Source of the DNA: Sphaerodactylus townsendi
Taxonomy: Eukaryota
DNA: 64,000 nt
NCBI RefSeq assembly: GCF_021028975.2
Contig: NC_059425.1
Span: 16,182,001-16,246,000 of the forward strand
Direction: 5' to 3'
The notes beneath the pieces were generated by a model. That model saw only the letters and a list, made by a program, of their open reading frames with translations. It did no database searches and was not told the DNA's origin. Positions 11,602 to 24,701 of the stretch are shown here, piece after piece; the stretch's first letter is position 1, and every line of letters begins with the position of its first letter. Both the position numbers and the translations under genes were made by a program.

Positions 11602-14600
11602 TTGCATGTGCAGGAATCTTAATGGTCATCTCATTGCATTCCTGTGCAGGGACCCTCTTTGTGCTCTATGCATGGAGAGGTTGAATTTTACTATGGAAGG
11701 CGCGGTAGCTGACCTCTAAAGAGGTCTTTAATCTTCCCTTCTGGATCTGGAGGAACCAGCAGGAGAACGAGCCTCGCTTTGTGGCTCTTTCCGCCCTGCG
11801 TGATCCAGCACGGAAGTCTTCCTTTACTCTCGCTTGGAACGAGGGATCGGACGCATCAATTACATGGGGACTTCCGTGGAGTCGCTTTGGGGCTTCGTCT
11901 ATGGATCGAAATGCCTGTGGATCGGATTTCTACCTGTTCTCGTGTGGGATTACAAACCCTCAGATGCAACCTGTCATGGAGGAGACGGAAGCTTGACCTA
12001 CCTTTCATGCGGCAACCCAGGAATCCATTGAACGCATTCTCTGGACTTCGTGATTTTGGTGATGCTCCCAAAGAACCACCGTGGGCACAGCATCGTTAGC
12101 CCGGCCCGTCAAAAGGACACCCCGGACTCAAACCTTCGAATTGGGAGGGGTATCCGTATTCTTTCCTACAATCGGACCCCCCATCCGGTCCGTCGACGGC
12201 GTATCAGCATCTGAGGTGCCTCTTTCGGGAGCCACCGCGGTAACGGGCGGCTTCACGGGTGTCTCCGAGGGCTCCGCTTCCTGATGACGAAGAGTCTCGA
12301 GAAGAAAGCCGGCATTCTATCTGGACTGGTTTCCTCTCCCACCGGAAGACTGTTATCATTGAGATGAAGAAATGGCGACTTCGAGATGCCAAAGCGCATG
12401 GCATGGAACGTGAGCAAACGCCAGCTATGGAGAGGAGTGAACGGGCACAAGTTGCAGCAAGATGGCGAAACCCTGCAGAGGGACCGGAACAGCAACGCGA
12501 AAGAAGTCCAGCTTCGAAAGTTGGACCGCGCCAAACGACGCCTCCAACGGCAACCATATGCCCGGAATCTGTCAGTCCGATGATAAAGTCCTGGAACAGT
12601 CCAGACTGGATTTTACAAGCGGCAACGCCAAAAGGCGTTTCAGGTCATGCCGCACTAAAGTGAACTCAATTGAAGCCCTTAAACGGGATCGAACTGCTTA
12701 AATTAGAATGCAGAAAGCTGCTTTGCATGCCGCACTAAGATGCATTGGACTTGCAAGGCGAGGGAGTTTGGAACTGTCCTTGGAGAGGGAACTAAGAGGC
12801 AAAGTGGCACCAGGGGCCGTCAAGTTGGAACCTATAGCTGTTGGGGACTTCGATCATGCCGGGTGAACCAGGGGCCACGCATTCCGGTCCTGCCACCCAA
12901 GCGCTTCAGCGCACCGCAGCCAGCCCCATTCCAGCTCCTGGTACCAACAGCCGCCTGCCCAACCTGCTCAGCCAGCGCAATCCACCTTCCCCAACAGGCG
13001 CTAAGAGTCACGGCGGCCAGCTTCCGCCGCCCCGCTACCAAGTCTTGCTTTTGATGGGACCGCCTCCAAACTTCCTCTACTTCATCTTGCAACTCAATGC
13101 CCATAATTTGGAAGACTATGGATGATCTATACCGGTCTCGAACGCTGAAGTATCACGGACATCGGGCTCAGTCCTAGATGCGTGGACGGCTGCAGAAACA
13201 CTGGTGTCGGACAGGATCGTTTTGATTTGCAGGGATGAGGGACTCTCGACGAACAGTGCCCGTGACGATTCCTCCAAGCCTTGAGATGCGCCAGCTTTCA
13301 AGATCCAGCATACGCTCGAATGAAAGTGCTATCCGCACTCATCAAATCCAGCAAGGCAAACGGCTTGCAGGTAATTTGTCCAGGACCGGCATGGGCGGCT
13401 TGCCTCTCGACTTCCTCCTGAGGGTCTGAACGCGATGAAATCACCTAATACTTCTCGATGCTGTGGATAGCAAGCCACGGAAACGGTGCTTTTAATTCGG
13501 GTTCCTCGCATACCATTGCAGATTGGATCCAGATTTGAGTCTCGGGCGGAAAACGCCCCGTTTGAATATCACGGCTTCGTCAAGGAGTCACCCACTTCAA
13601 AACCACTCACGGGTGTCCACCAAGTCAAGCTTCCTTCCAGCCGCTCCTACCAAAACCACCTCTGAACGCCGCTGTTGCGACTTCTGGGTTGTGCTCTTTT
13701 ACTGGGCGGAGGAGCCAGGTCATTCCAGCCGCCAACTGTCCCAAGAAGCAAAACCAAATCCGCCTCCAGGCCCATCGGCATCTGGGCTTCCGCCGCCTTA
13801 AACCAATTACGCAGAGTCAGGGCCGCCTCCCACTGGCCTTTCGCTCATAAAGCGGTGACCGGTTACGCACCCAGAGGAAGGGGAAGCAGCCGTTCGTCTT
13901 TCTTCAGCCCGCATGGACATGTGGGTCCACTCCCTGACAGCGGTGAGTGAAGGCAAGCGCTCCCATTACCAAGTTCAAGCATTTCCTCTGGCCAACCCCG
14001 CTTAAACACACTCTCGCGTATTATAGCCTCGTCTTGTGGGATTCCGGGTTGCTCCCATCGCTTAATACCGTCCTTAGGTGCAGAGGAGCTAGGTCTGACC
14101 GAATTCCCCTGGTTAAGCCTTATACCATTCACTCCAAATGGGATGGCAGCCCCCTCTGAAACGTAAGCGACCGCCTAATACAAAACACACAGCCGGTTCT
14201 CCTCCCAGCTATACACCGACTCATTGGGAGAAAACAGCTTTCATTTTAGGCCATAGTGGCTAAAACACTCCATAGTTTTGGGCATGCCTTTGGTTGTTAC
14301 ATGAACCAAAAAATTCATTTGGAAGCAGAAAGGATCCTAGAATTCACTGGACCCTCCCCATGGCCGGAGGAACACATGAATTGGGAAGAAAACCTAACGC
14401 CTCCTGACACTCCCCCCCTCTCTGGCTTCCTCCTCAGTGATTGCTCCCATTCTGCATTGACATCCCACCTGCATATCAGGATCTAGCCAGAGTTTTTCAG
14501 GAGCAGGAATGCTAACAATCCGTGCCACCCCACAGAGACACTGACTGGTAAAATTGTCCATACAACCAGGGGGGCGAACTGTCTAAGGAGTAGAATCTAC

Positions 14601-17600
14601 CGCATGAGTCCCAATGAGGAGAAGGTTAACTTCGTGCTTTCTTAGACAAGAACCCGTTGCTTTCCGCTGCCTTCATACGGGCGGTTACCAAACACACAAT
14701 AACGCCAAGCTCCCGCGTTTTTGTTTGTCAAAAGAGAAAGATGGGTTCTACGGGCTTTGCACAGATTATGTCGAGGTCTCACGCGGGGTCTCCTGTCCAT
14801 CAAATATCCTTTTGCCTTTGATCAAGGACCTTAGATGCTTTTCTCGCAAAGGGACGCATTTTTACTAAATTAGACTTGAGAGAAGCTTACTACAGAGTCC
14901 AGAATTGCTGAAGGATATGGAACACCTGATCATGCTTAATACTAAAGTTTGGACAGTTTGAATATTTAATAATGCCATTCGGGTTAAGTGGGGTATCGGA
15001 GCTTTCATGGGTCTCTATCAACGGTTCTCCATGATTTTACTGTACAAAAAATAAGGAGTTGTTGTATATTTAGATGACGCTTTAATTTACTCAAGCCAAA
15101 CTATAGAATAGCATGAAATAATATTGGTCCGAGAGAGTATGTTGAAACGGCTTGCTTGACATAGCTCTCTCTCTTTGCCAAACTCTCCAAATGCTGTTTT
15201 CATCAGGACCTCCAATTGACTATTATTTTCTTAAGTTAATCGATCCTCGCCTCAGGGCTTAAAATGGATCCCAAGCTAAAATTGACTTGAGTCCTCCAAT
15301 GGCTATTCCGCCCCACCAACCTAAAGAACTCCCAGTCGCTTTCTTGGTTTTGTTCAATTTCTATCGTGATTTTATACCCCCAAATTGCTGAGACTGACTC
15401 TCCTCTCACAGCAGGTGACCTCTTACGCACCTGCGGTAAAGATTCACTCTCGTCCATAGCCAAGCCCGGCCCCTTTGTCTGGTCTGAGGAATGTCAAACG
15501 AAGCTCTTTTCAACTGTTAAAATCTCAAGCGCTTACTCACTCGAACCTTATCCTAAAGCACCCGACTCCAGATCTTCCGCTTGTGGTTCACGTGGACGCC
15601 TCGATAAAGCACTTCCAAGGGCAGCTCCTGTTGCAGAAAAAAAATAAAAGATGGTAGACTGGTTCCGCGGTGCTTATTTGTCTAAAAAAATTCTCTGGTG
15701 TCGAACTCAACTGGACTGTGGGAGACAAGGAGAGCTGCAGCCATCAAAGCAGCACTTCCACTTCTGGCGCCACTGGCTGGAGGGGGGGGGCTAAGCACCC
15801 TTTCAAGTTTGGTCGGATCATAAAAACTCTGGCAGCTCTTTTCCACCCCTCAAGATGTCCGCAAAACAACTCTCATGGGCCGCATTTCTTCTCGCTTCTC
15901 TTTTACAGTCCATTTTTTTCCCCTGGGAAAACCAACAAACTGGCTGATCGCTGGCTCATGCCAGCTTCTACCTCGAGAGAGGGTGGAGCTGCCTTAAGCG
16001 AGACATTCCACGCACTGTTCTTTTTTTTCCCTCCCAGTTGGGGTTGGCTGTCACCCGATCTCAAACGCCGTCGGCCCTCCACCCCGCTCCCAGTCTCTGC
16101 CTCTCGCTTTCCCACGGGAATTGAGGAGGCGGGCTGTGCACGAGCCTCCAGCTTACTGAAGGGGGACTCCACCGCGCTTTGGAGAGAATGGAGTTTGGCG
16201 GAGGGGGGACGTTATAGCAGGCCGTGCCTTCCTCCGGCATAAGCAAGTTCTTGGAAGACGTCATCATGCCCCGCCCTTGATGGGCTGGACATTTTGGCTT
16301 TTTGAAAACTCTGCACTTTAGCTCCGCCCGGTAGTTCTTCTGTGGCGCTTAATGCAAAGACATTGAGGCTATGACATTAAAGGCTGTTCGGTTTGTGCAG
16401 AAGCCAAAACCATCCCGAAAGCCCTATGGACTGCTGAAACTTCTCCGGTAGCGCTTCCCGCCTTTGGGAAGTCATCTCCATGGATTTCATTACAGATTTG
16501 TCTAAAAGCCGCGGTTGGGCAACACGGTTTATGGGTGGTGGTAGACTTATTCTCCTAAAGCAAAGCCCATTTTATTCCATGTGTTTCCATCCCTCCAGCT
16601 TCCTAAGTTGGCACGGCTGTTTATTCAACATGTTTACCGTCTCCATTCCAACTTCTCCCCTAAGGTGGTGGTCTCCCATCACGGCCCCCAATTCATCTCT
16701 CAAAGTTCTGAAAGCGTTTTTTGGGGTTGTTGGGAACGCCTCGCCGCCGCCCTACCACGCTCAAAGTGACGGCGTAGACGGAGAGAACGAACCGAACTTA
16801 GAGCAGTATTTACGCGAAAGTTACACCAACTACCACCAAGACAATTGGTGCGAGCTTATTCCGCTTGGCGGATGCATACTTACAACAATCGCGGTTCATA
16901 GTAGCACAAAGAAAACCCCTCTTGAAATTGTTGTCTGAGTCGCTCCTCCTTCGCCGCTGCCACACCTACCAAGCAGCAGCTTTGGACTCCAGAATTTCAA
17001 CACGGGATTTCATCCCTAGCCGAGGGATGGAAGTCGGTCCAGACTGCTCTATACAGCAAGCAAAGGGACTCCCAAAACTGCAAGCTGATATAAACACCCG
17101 CTTCAGATTTCCGCGCAGGGCTCCTGGAATTGTATTTATCTACAAAAAAATCTCTGTGAGATAGCAGTACGATACATAAATTTCTTCCAAACTTCTGGCA
17201 AGAAGATTTGTGGGACTCTTTTCTAGATTACATTAAAGTGATTAATGATGCTCTACTGCCCGCTTAGAATTGCCTTTAACTCTCTTAGTAACATCCATCC
17301 TGTCTTCCATTCCAGCTTGCTCAAGCTGAGGCTCCCGCCTCCCATGCCTGGAGTATCGACTCCGCGAGGAGAGGCTCCCCTCCGACTATTGTTGATGGCC
17401 ATGCCAAGCACTACGAGAAAATTGACAGCTTATCCTGGACTCTCGCTTTAACCGCGAACCGGCTTGTAATATTTAAGGTTTCAGTGGGATATTCCTCTGG
17501 GTATAATCAATGGGTTTATTCCGAAAAACATTGAAGCCCCGCACTCCTTATTGATGCTTTCCCACCGCTTCTTCCACACAGACAACCTGGGGGGGAAGGG

Positions 17601-17624
17601 GCTTTTCTTTAGGGGAGAGGCAGA

Positions 17625-17935
17625 GTAAAAGCGATTCAATGGTGTGTTGATGGTGAAGTAACCTTTGAGTGCATCTCCATGTCCGGGCGATGGGCCAGAT
17701 GCATCGGGCGTAAGACTCTTTATCTTTATGCTGGAGATGAAGCTCTCTCTGTTCCCATGGGGAAGCAGGAAGAGAGGGATGGGGATTGCCTGGTATTATA
17801 ACCTGTGCTTCATGGCGGAAGTGTCACCCTGCACCACTCGCAATTGTACTTGAGCTTTCTAAGATGTCCCTAATAAAATGGACTTTACTACTGCAAAGCT
17901 CCTTTTTTATTTCAAGGCTCATGGAATTCCTTACA
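17625..17935 (+). repeat. 3' LTR of the Gypsy element
   Basis: Follows the polypurine tract aggggagaggcaga and ends ttaca|ATCAC. Confidence 0.88.
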
Positions 17936-18009
17936 ATCACCCTCCGTCTCCAGCTAATTCCCCAACCAAAGTGGAGACCACTGGCTTAGGGTAACGTTTG
18001 CATCTATGG

Positions 18010-18150
18010 CAGGAGTGTCCAACTCTTGTGCTTCAGATGTTCATGGACTACAATTCCCATCAGCCCCTGCTGGCATGGACAATTGGCCATGCAGCAGGGG
18101 CTGATGGGAATTGTAGTCCATGAACATCTGAAGCACAAGAGTTGGACACC
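18010..18150. mobile_element. Palindromic ~140-bp MITE (cagatgttcatggactacaattcccatcagccc family)
   Basis: Near-perfect hairpin. Relatives at 33216-33291, 34677-34817, 57189-57301 and 61787-61927. Confidence 0.85.
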
Positions 18151-18214
18151 ATTGATCTACGCTACGGGAATACCATTCATGATAATTCCCCTAGTGATCG
18201 ATGCTTTTTGGAAA

Positions 18215-18780
18215 ATAACTTGCTAGTGGTCCCTGGTCCTAAAACTATCCAGCTGTCCTCAGCTAGGGCCAGGGCCTTTTCAGCTCTGGCCCCAACCTGG
18301 TGGAACTCTCTGTCTAATGAGATCCATGCCCTCTGGGACATAGTTTAGTTGTTCCACCAGGCATGCAATTGAGGCAACAATGGTTCAGTGGATCATCTGA
18401 CCTTCTTCCCGCCTCCTCCCTCTTTTCTTCCCCTCCCCTCCCTTCCCTTTTCCACTGTTTCCCCTCTTTTGATTCCTTTTCACTTCCCCCTTTTTATTCT
18501 TGTGTTAGCTCCTTAGAGGACCTGTGAATCCTTGGGTCATGCTTGGTCACCTGTTAACCACTGTTATGAACCAGCTCACCACTGAGAATAATCAGTATAT
18601 TGTATATGGTAGGTATGTAATTTAGAATGCCCTCTTTTAAGCTGAATTGGTATTTATAGTTTTAAATTAGGTGTGGTTTTAACATATCTTTACATTGTAA
18701 TGCACTATTGCTGGGAGCCATCCTGAGATTGACTTGATTGGGAAAGGGCAGGATATAAATAAAATAAAATGAAATGAAAT
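18215..18780 (+). mobile_element. L2 LINE 3' fragment
   Basis: LLVVPGPK..ARARAFSALAPTWWNSL C-terminus, 3' UTR ending gggaaagggcaggatataaataaaataaaat. Confidence 0.8.
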
Positions 18781-19213
18781 ACATAAGTAAAATTACCACT
18801 GTGGGAGAGATGTATTTCACTGGTACTCTGTTAATGGTCAGCAGTTAACTTCCCCGATAGACAAAAGGCTGTTCTTGGAGATTTTCTAGCTAGCTTTCAA
18901 TCTGTCTGAGGAAAGTCGCTAATGGAACAAAACAGTTATTTCCCTCCTTTCATCAAGACTAACGGGAAGACTTGTAGGAATCTCTTAAAGGCTGTAAATA
19001 GTAATTTTTCCCCAGATCTGGTCAAGCTGAAGGAAGAGAACTCTGTTTGGACTTGGTGGGAATGGCAGAGAATTCTAGGAAATCCTCCTCAGAGATTGGG
19101 GAAACCCGTCCTTGTTGGGTCTCCATTAGCAGAGCCCCCAATAGGCTGAAGAAAGAAATGGAACTGCAAAAAAGCATCAGACTGAATGATTTCATGAAAT
19201 CCTATCTACCTCT

Positions 19214-19365
19214 NNNNNNNNNNNNNNNNNNNNNNNNNNNNNNNNNNNNNNNNNNNNNNNNNNNNNNNNNNNNNNNNNNNNNNNNNNNNNNNNNNNNNNN
19301 NNNNNNNNNNNNNNNNNNNNNNNNNNNNNNNNNNNNNNNNNNNNNNNNNNNNNNNNNNNNNNNNN
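19214..19365. other. Assembly gap (N run)
   Basis: Run of N. Confidence 1.
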
Positions 19366-19467
19366 CTTTAGCTGGTTGTTGGCCTTCATTACACAATTCG
19401 AGCCTCACCCAGAGGCCTAGGAAGTTGTAATGTATCAGCGTATTATTATTATTATTATTATTATTAT

Positions 19468-20409
19468 ACAAAACAGTTACACACAGCAAGCAAGATCAAT
19501 ATGCTGGATTTTGTATTACATCACACGTCGGACACTTCCCAAGCATCTAGGACTGTGTGAGTGTATCGGTTTTAATAATGCGTGCAGAGCTTCCAGTAGA
19601 AAGTGGCCTTTTGCAGCTGACACATATGGTGATTTTGTCGAAGCCAATTGTTTTTAAGTGCCGCTTCAAGATCCTTTAGGCACTGCACCCAGTGTAATGC
19701 CGATCACCACTGGGACCACCTTTACTGGTTTGTGCCAGGAGTGCTTTGTAGTTCAATCCTTAAGAATCCTCAAGTGAATCGTGTAAGTTTTTCCAGTTGC
19801 TTCTCATCAATCCTGCTGTCACCAGGAATTGCAGCATCAACTATCCACACTTTCTTTTTTCCCACAATCATTGAGGTCCAGGAGTATTGTGCTCCCAAAA
19901 CTTTGTCAGTCCTGAATTCGGAAGTCCCAGAGTAGGAGAACTTTTACGTGGTTCATTTTCAGTGAGCTTTTTTTCAGGTTTGTGGATTCCACCAGTTCTT
20001 TGTATCACAGGCAAGATGGTAGCGTTGTGGCACAAGTTCCAGTGATCGAATCATCTGAGCAACAGTATTATGCCTCCTGCTTGTAGTCCGTCATGCTGAT
20101 CTTCTTGCAGCAGCTAGAGTATGTGATCTATTGTTTCGCTCTGCTTCCTTGCAGGAGTCTGCACTTGGGATCTGTAGTTGACTTTTCAATTCTGTGGCTT
20201 TGATGGCGTTTGTCTCAGAATTGCTTGTTCTTGGGCTGCAAGAACTAAAGCTCTCAGTCTCCTTTTTTCAAGAAGTTCCATTTGTGAGCCACAACCAGGT
20301 TTTTTCCTTGTCAATTTTGTCCTCAATTTTTTCTAGGAACTGTCCATGGAGAGCCTTCTTTTGCCAGTTTTCTCTTCTGCTTTGCAGTGTATTTTTACGA
20401 TATTCACTC

Positions 20410-20410
<1 letters not shown>
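19468..20410 (-). mobile_element. R4/Dong-clade LINE 3' portion with restriction-like endonuclease, embedded in a (TAA)n array
   Basis: Minus-strand reading WQKKALHGQF..WLWLTNG, CCHC-like zinc finger and PD..D/E-type endonuclease region with many indels. Flanked by (TAT)n at 19441-19467 and 20411-20488. Confidence 0.85.
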
Positions 20411-20491
<81 letters not shown>

Positions 20492-20494
20492 TGA

Positions 20495-20764
20495 TACAAA
20501 AACAGTTATACACAGCAAACAAGATCAGTATGCTGGATTTTGTATTACATCACATGTCGGACACTTCCCAAGCATCTAGGGCTGTGTGATGTATCGACGA
20601 ATAATGCGTGCAGAGCCGAGTAGGGTGGCCTTTTGCAGCTGGCATATGGTGATTTTGTCAGCGCCGATTGTTTTTAAGTGCCATCTAAGGTCTTTAGGCA
20701 CTGCACCCAGTGTGCCGATCACCACTGGGACCACCTTTGCTGGTTTGTGCCAGAGTCTTTGTAG

Positions 20765-20766
<2 letters not shown>
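20495..20766 (-). mobile_element. Second, 5'-truncated R4/Dong copy in the same (TAA)n array
   Basis: Homologous to 19468-19750 (LQRLWHKP..VVPVVIGTLGAVP) and followed by (TAT)n at 20768-20816. Confidence 0.85.
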
Positions 20767-20818
<52 letters not shown>

Positions 20819-21118
20819 TCGATTTGATAAACCGCCCTACCCCCGGAGGGCTCAGGGTGGTGTACAACAACAAACAACAATACAATAAAACAAATCGAAT
20901 AGCCCCAGTTAAAATATACAAAACCTTAAAACTATAGCAGCAGTAGCCTTCAATAAATAATTAATAATTATTCTCTGCCCTTTATGACAGTCTCAGAGCG
21001 GGTTACAATAAAGACTGTAATAAAATCCCATGTGATGCAACATAAAACCATAATACAAAGCCAACCCTAAAACCCTAAAACATTCTGGAGTAAAACTCCA
21101 TACCCAACCCTCATTCTG

Positions 21119-21930
21119 TTGATGGAGGGGGGAGCGGTCGCCGCCCCTGCAGCTGTACAGCATTGTTTGGAGGCGGTCGCTGGTTGGTTGCAGCAGAGCA
21201 GGTTAAAACTGAATCCATCGAAGACGGAGATCCTCTGGCTTGACTGCGAGGGGGAGGGGTCACTGGCGCAGACCTCCTCCGTTTGCAGTCTGGGGGTCCA
21301 CCTGGATTTGTCTCTTTCAGTGGAGACCCAGGTGACCCTTACACCCCGGACTGCGTTTTTCCATCTGTGTCAGGCCCGGTGGTTGGCCCCCTTCCTCTCC
21401 CAAGCGGACCTGGCCACGGTGATTCATGCAATGGTCACCTCCAGGTTAGACTGTTGTAACTCGCTCTATGCGGGCCTTCCCTTGCGTTTGATTCGGAAAC
21501 TAAAACTGGTCCAACATGCAGCGGCATGCTTGCTCACAGGGGGCGCCTTTCGAGATCATATTCAGCCTGTGTTGCGCCAGCTGCATTGGCTCCCAGTTGA
21601 ATTCTGAATCATCTTCAAGGTGTGGGTTTTGACCTTTAAGGCCTTACGCGGCCAGGGATCCTCATACCTTTGGGACCGCATTACCCCATATGTCCCTACT
21701 TGGCCTTTGCACAGCAGAGGCCAATTTGTCGGTGGTTACCGCCCTTCAATGATGCGGCTGGCCTCCACGTGGGCCAGGGCCTTTATGGCTCTGGCCCCAG
21801 CCTGGTGGAACACTCTCCCTCCAGCTGTCCGGGCCCTGCGGGATCTTGGTGAATTCCACAGGGCCTGCAAGACTGATTTGTTCCACCAGGCCTCTGGAGT
21901 GACCAGCCTCTGGCAGATACGCCCCTGACC
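21119..21930 (+). mobile_element. L2 LINE ORF2 3' fragment
   Basis: WLQQSRLKLNPSKTEIL, VTSRLDCCNSLYAGLP, LHWLPV and APAWWNTLP motifs, with an internal stop. Confidence 0.9.
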
Positions 21931-22282
21931 CAAATTAAAGCAATGGTTCTTTTTCAACAGCCACCTGGGGTAAGGTGGGGTGGTGGTCTGCTGGCAATAG
22001 CAGCTTCACAGGTTGACCTATCTGCTCAGGACAGAGGCCGTTCCATGGGCCTGTAACTTGATGTTTGACAGCATAGGTAGAATTGCAAAGTGTAGCTCAG
22101 TCAACAGATTAGTCAGTGACGTCCTACCTGTGGGAACATCTACATTGGCGTACTCCCTGGAGTATGGGACGTGTTTATCTTCTGGAAACAAGTTTGCCTC
22201 TCCCCAAAGAAAGTGGACTTTCTCAGAAGGCACCCTTTTGGTCAAATAACCGACTCCTGCCCCACCCTGCTCAGCTCACGGG

Positions 22283-22290
22283 TATATTTT
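22283..22290 (+). promoter_or_regulatory. Conserved TATA-like element (cacgggTATATTTTggaaggg) of PTX-B
   Basis: Same block about 112-127 bp upstream of the ATG in B, C (33492-33499), D (46501-46508) and E (55472-55479). Confidence 0.55.
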
Positions 22291-22397
22291 GGAAGGGCTC
22301 TGTGGCTCCCTCTTGGGAATCAGAGGAGGCTCGGGAGCCAGGCCCGATCGAGCGTCATTTTCCCATCTCCTCTCAGATCATTCTGTGGTTGACCATC

Positions 22398-22461
22398 ATG
22401 AGGAAGATGCTTCTTTCTCTCTTGCTCCTTGCTGGTCTCTGGGGCTCTCTTGCCCAGAAAG
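22398..22461 (+). pseudogene. PTX-B exon 1, signal peptide MRKMLLSLLLLAGLWGSLAQK
   Basis: 64-bp phase-1 exon with donor G|gtgggt, homologous to exon 1 of PTX-C to F. Confidence 0.88.
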
Positions 22462-22944
22462 GTGGGTGCCATTTTCAGCTGCATATGCCAGGGTGTTACC
22501 AGGATAGGTAACTGATTCACCATAAGGTTTTTTTTTAAGTGAGATTGTGCGTTTTTGAGTTTCCGTGGAAGCATGTGCAAAGGATTTGCGCCGGCCTTTT
22601 AAAGATTTTGTTTTCATTTTGAAGCTGTTTTTCATTTTCATTGTATTTGTAACATTCATTTTCATTGCCTAGTTCCATCTCTGGTTTTCTCTCATTGCAA
22701 CTGTCCTCCTCCTCCTCCTCCTCTACCTCTTTCCCCCAATTTTTGTGTGGTGGGGAACTGTCTTGTCTGCTTCCACTGCCGAATAATTGCTCCAGCGTGT
22801 CACTTGGGTGGGAAGAGACCCTCTTCACTTCAGACCCTGTTCACTTCAGACTGAAAATGGCCTGGTGGGAACTATATTTCCCATGAGACCATGGGGCCCG
22901 CAAGGTCTCCTGGGAAGTGTAGTGCCCACCATATAAGAGCTCGT

Positions 22945-23181
22945 CTATCTAATCTGGAGGAACAGGGTTTGATTCCCAGCTCTGCCGCCTGAGCTGTGGA
23001 GGCTTATCTGGGGAATTCAGATTAGCCTGTACACTCCCACACACGCCAGCTGGGTGACCTTGGGCTAGTCACAGCTTCTCGGAGCTCTCTCAGCCCCACC
23101 TACCTCACAGGGTGTTTGTTGTGAGGGGGGAAGGGCAAGGAGATTGTCAGCCCCTTTGAGTCTCCTGCAGGAGAGAAAGGG
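22945..23181 (+). mobile_element. Squam3-like SINE running into an assembly gap (23182-23424); another copy at 23545-23822
   Basis: gggtttgattcccagc B-box and family body sequence. Confidence 0.85.
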
Positions 23182-24013
23182 NNNNNNNNNNNNNNNNNNN
23201 NNNNNNNNNNNNNNNNNNNNNNNNNNNNNNNNNNNNNNNNNNNNNNNNNNNNNNNNNNNNNNNNNNNNNNNNNNNNNNNNNNNNNNNNNNNNNNNNNNNN
23301 NNNNNNNNNNNNNNNNNNNNNNNNNNNNNNNNNNNNNNNNNNNNNNNNNNNNNNNNNNNNNNNNNNNNNNNNNNNNNNNNNNNNNNNNNNNNNNNNNNNN
23401 NNNNNNNNNNNNNNNNNNNNNNNNCACCTGGAGAAAGGTATGATAAGGCGAATATGGGGAACTACATCCCCCAGGGTACGCCAGGGCACAGGGGAGGCCC
23501 GGATAAGAGAAGTTTTATTTTCCACTTGCCTGTTTTTGGAGCCAATGTGGGGTGATGGTGAAGAGCGGTGCAGTTTAATTTGGAAAACTGGGTTTGATTC
23601 CCTGCTCCTCCACATGAGTGGCAGACTCTTATCTGATGAACCGTTTTCCCCCACTCCTCCACATGAAGCTTGCTGGGTGAGCTTGGGTCAGATCCAGTTC
23701 TCCCAGCCCCACCTGCCTCACAAGGCGTCTGTTGTGGGGAGAGGAAGAGAAGGAGTTTGTCAGCCACCTTGAGTCTCCTTACAGGACAGAAAGGCAGGTA
23801 TGAATCCCAACTCTTCTTCTTCAAGGACCTGTCCCCCAGAAGTGGAAGCTGATAAACCTGTGAGGCAAAGTTAAGCGCTGGAAACGGGATGGTGGGAACT
23901 AATTGCCAAGGAATGAAGGAGCCAACCTCTCTGGCATGGCCCCCATCCAATTTCAGCAAAAGAAGATTTTTGAGGCAGCCATTTTGGCAAAGGGTGAAGA
24001 GATGAAACATGGG

Positions 24014-24382
24014 CAGAGGTGGGACCCAGCAGGTTCTCACAGGTTCCCTAGAGTAGGTTACTAATTATTTGTGTGTGCCGAGAGGGGGTTACTAATGGGT
24101 GATTTTGCCACACGATTTTGCCTTAATTACGCCCCTCCTCTCAGCAGTAGCGCACAGAACTTGAAGCAGTCTAGCAGGAGGTGCACCGCGTGCGTGGCAG
24201 CCTGCGCCTGCGTGCATTTGTTTCCCGCCCAAGGACCGGCGCAGCGGCTGCATCCTTGCCACAGCCCCGCCCAGGAATGCCCCGCCCCCATCGTACCCTG
24301 TCCAGCCCCATTGGCGCTACGCCACAGTTTGAATCCCACCACCATGGGAACCTGTTACTAAAATTTTTGGATCCCACCACTG
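24014..24382. mobile_element. hAT MITE in the PTX-B intron
   Basis: TIRs cagaggtgggac / gatcccaccactg and perfect TSD AACATGGG. Confidence 0.9.
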
Positions 24383-24701
24383 AACATGGGGTTGGATGTG
24401 ACTAGGGTTGCCAATTTCAGGTTGGGAAATTCCTGGAGATTTGGTGGGGGGTGTTGAGAGACAACGGGTTTTGTGGAGGGGAGGGGCCTCTGCAGGATAT
24501 AAGGCCAGAGAGCAGCTGTTTTCTCCAGAGAAACTGATTTTGTAGCCTGCAGTTCTAGGAGACCTTCTTGTACCATGTGGAGGATGGGAACCCTAGCTGA
24601 AACAAAATTCCTTTTTGGCAGAGCCATTATCTGCCACCAGTCGTTGTCCAATGGGAAATTTGGATGTTTGAGGTCAGAGGGAGCATGTGAAGAAGTCTGA
24701 T

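Larger units (their letters stand above)
11286..17935 (+). mobile_element. Full-length Ty3/Gypsy LTR retrotransposon (chromovirus / Sushi-like), heavily frameshifted
   Basis: Two ~315-bp LTRs ending ttaca, 5-bp TSD ATCAC (11281-11285, 17936-17940) and PPT at 17611-17624. RT motifs FTKLDLREAYY (~14860), GQFEYLIMPFGL (~14950) and VVYLDD (15061). Integrase WEVISMDFITDL (~16465), IHPVFHSSLLK (~17293) and a chromodomain remnant (~17380-17590). Confidence 0.92.

Noticed and set aside
20194-20888. Poly-Ile, poly-Tyr, poly-Leu and poly-Asn ORFs (also 734-1325, 52571-53156)
   Set aside because: Translations of microsatellites plus antisense LINE sequence.
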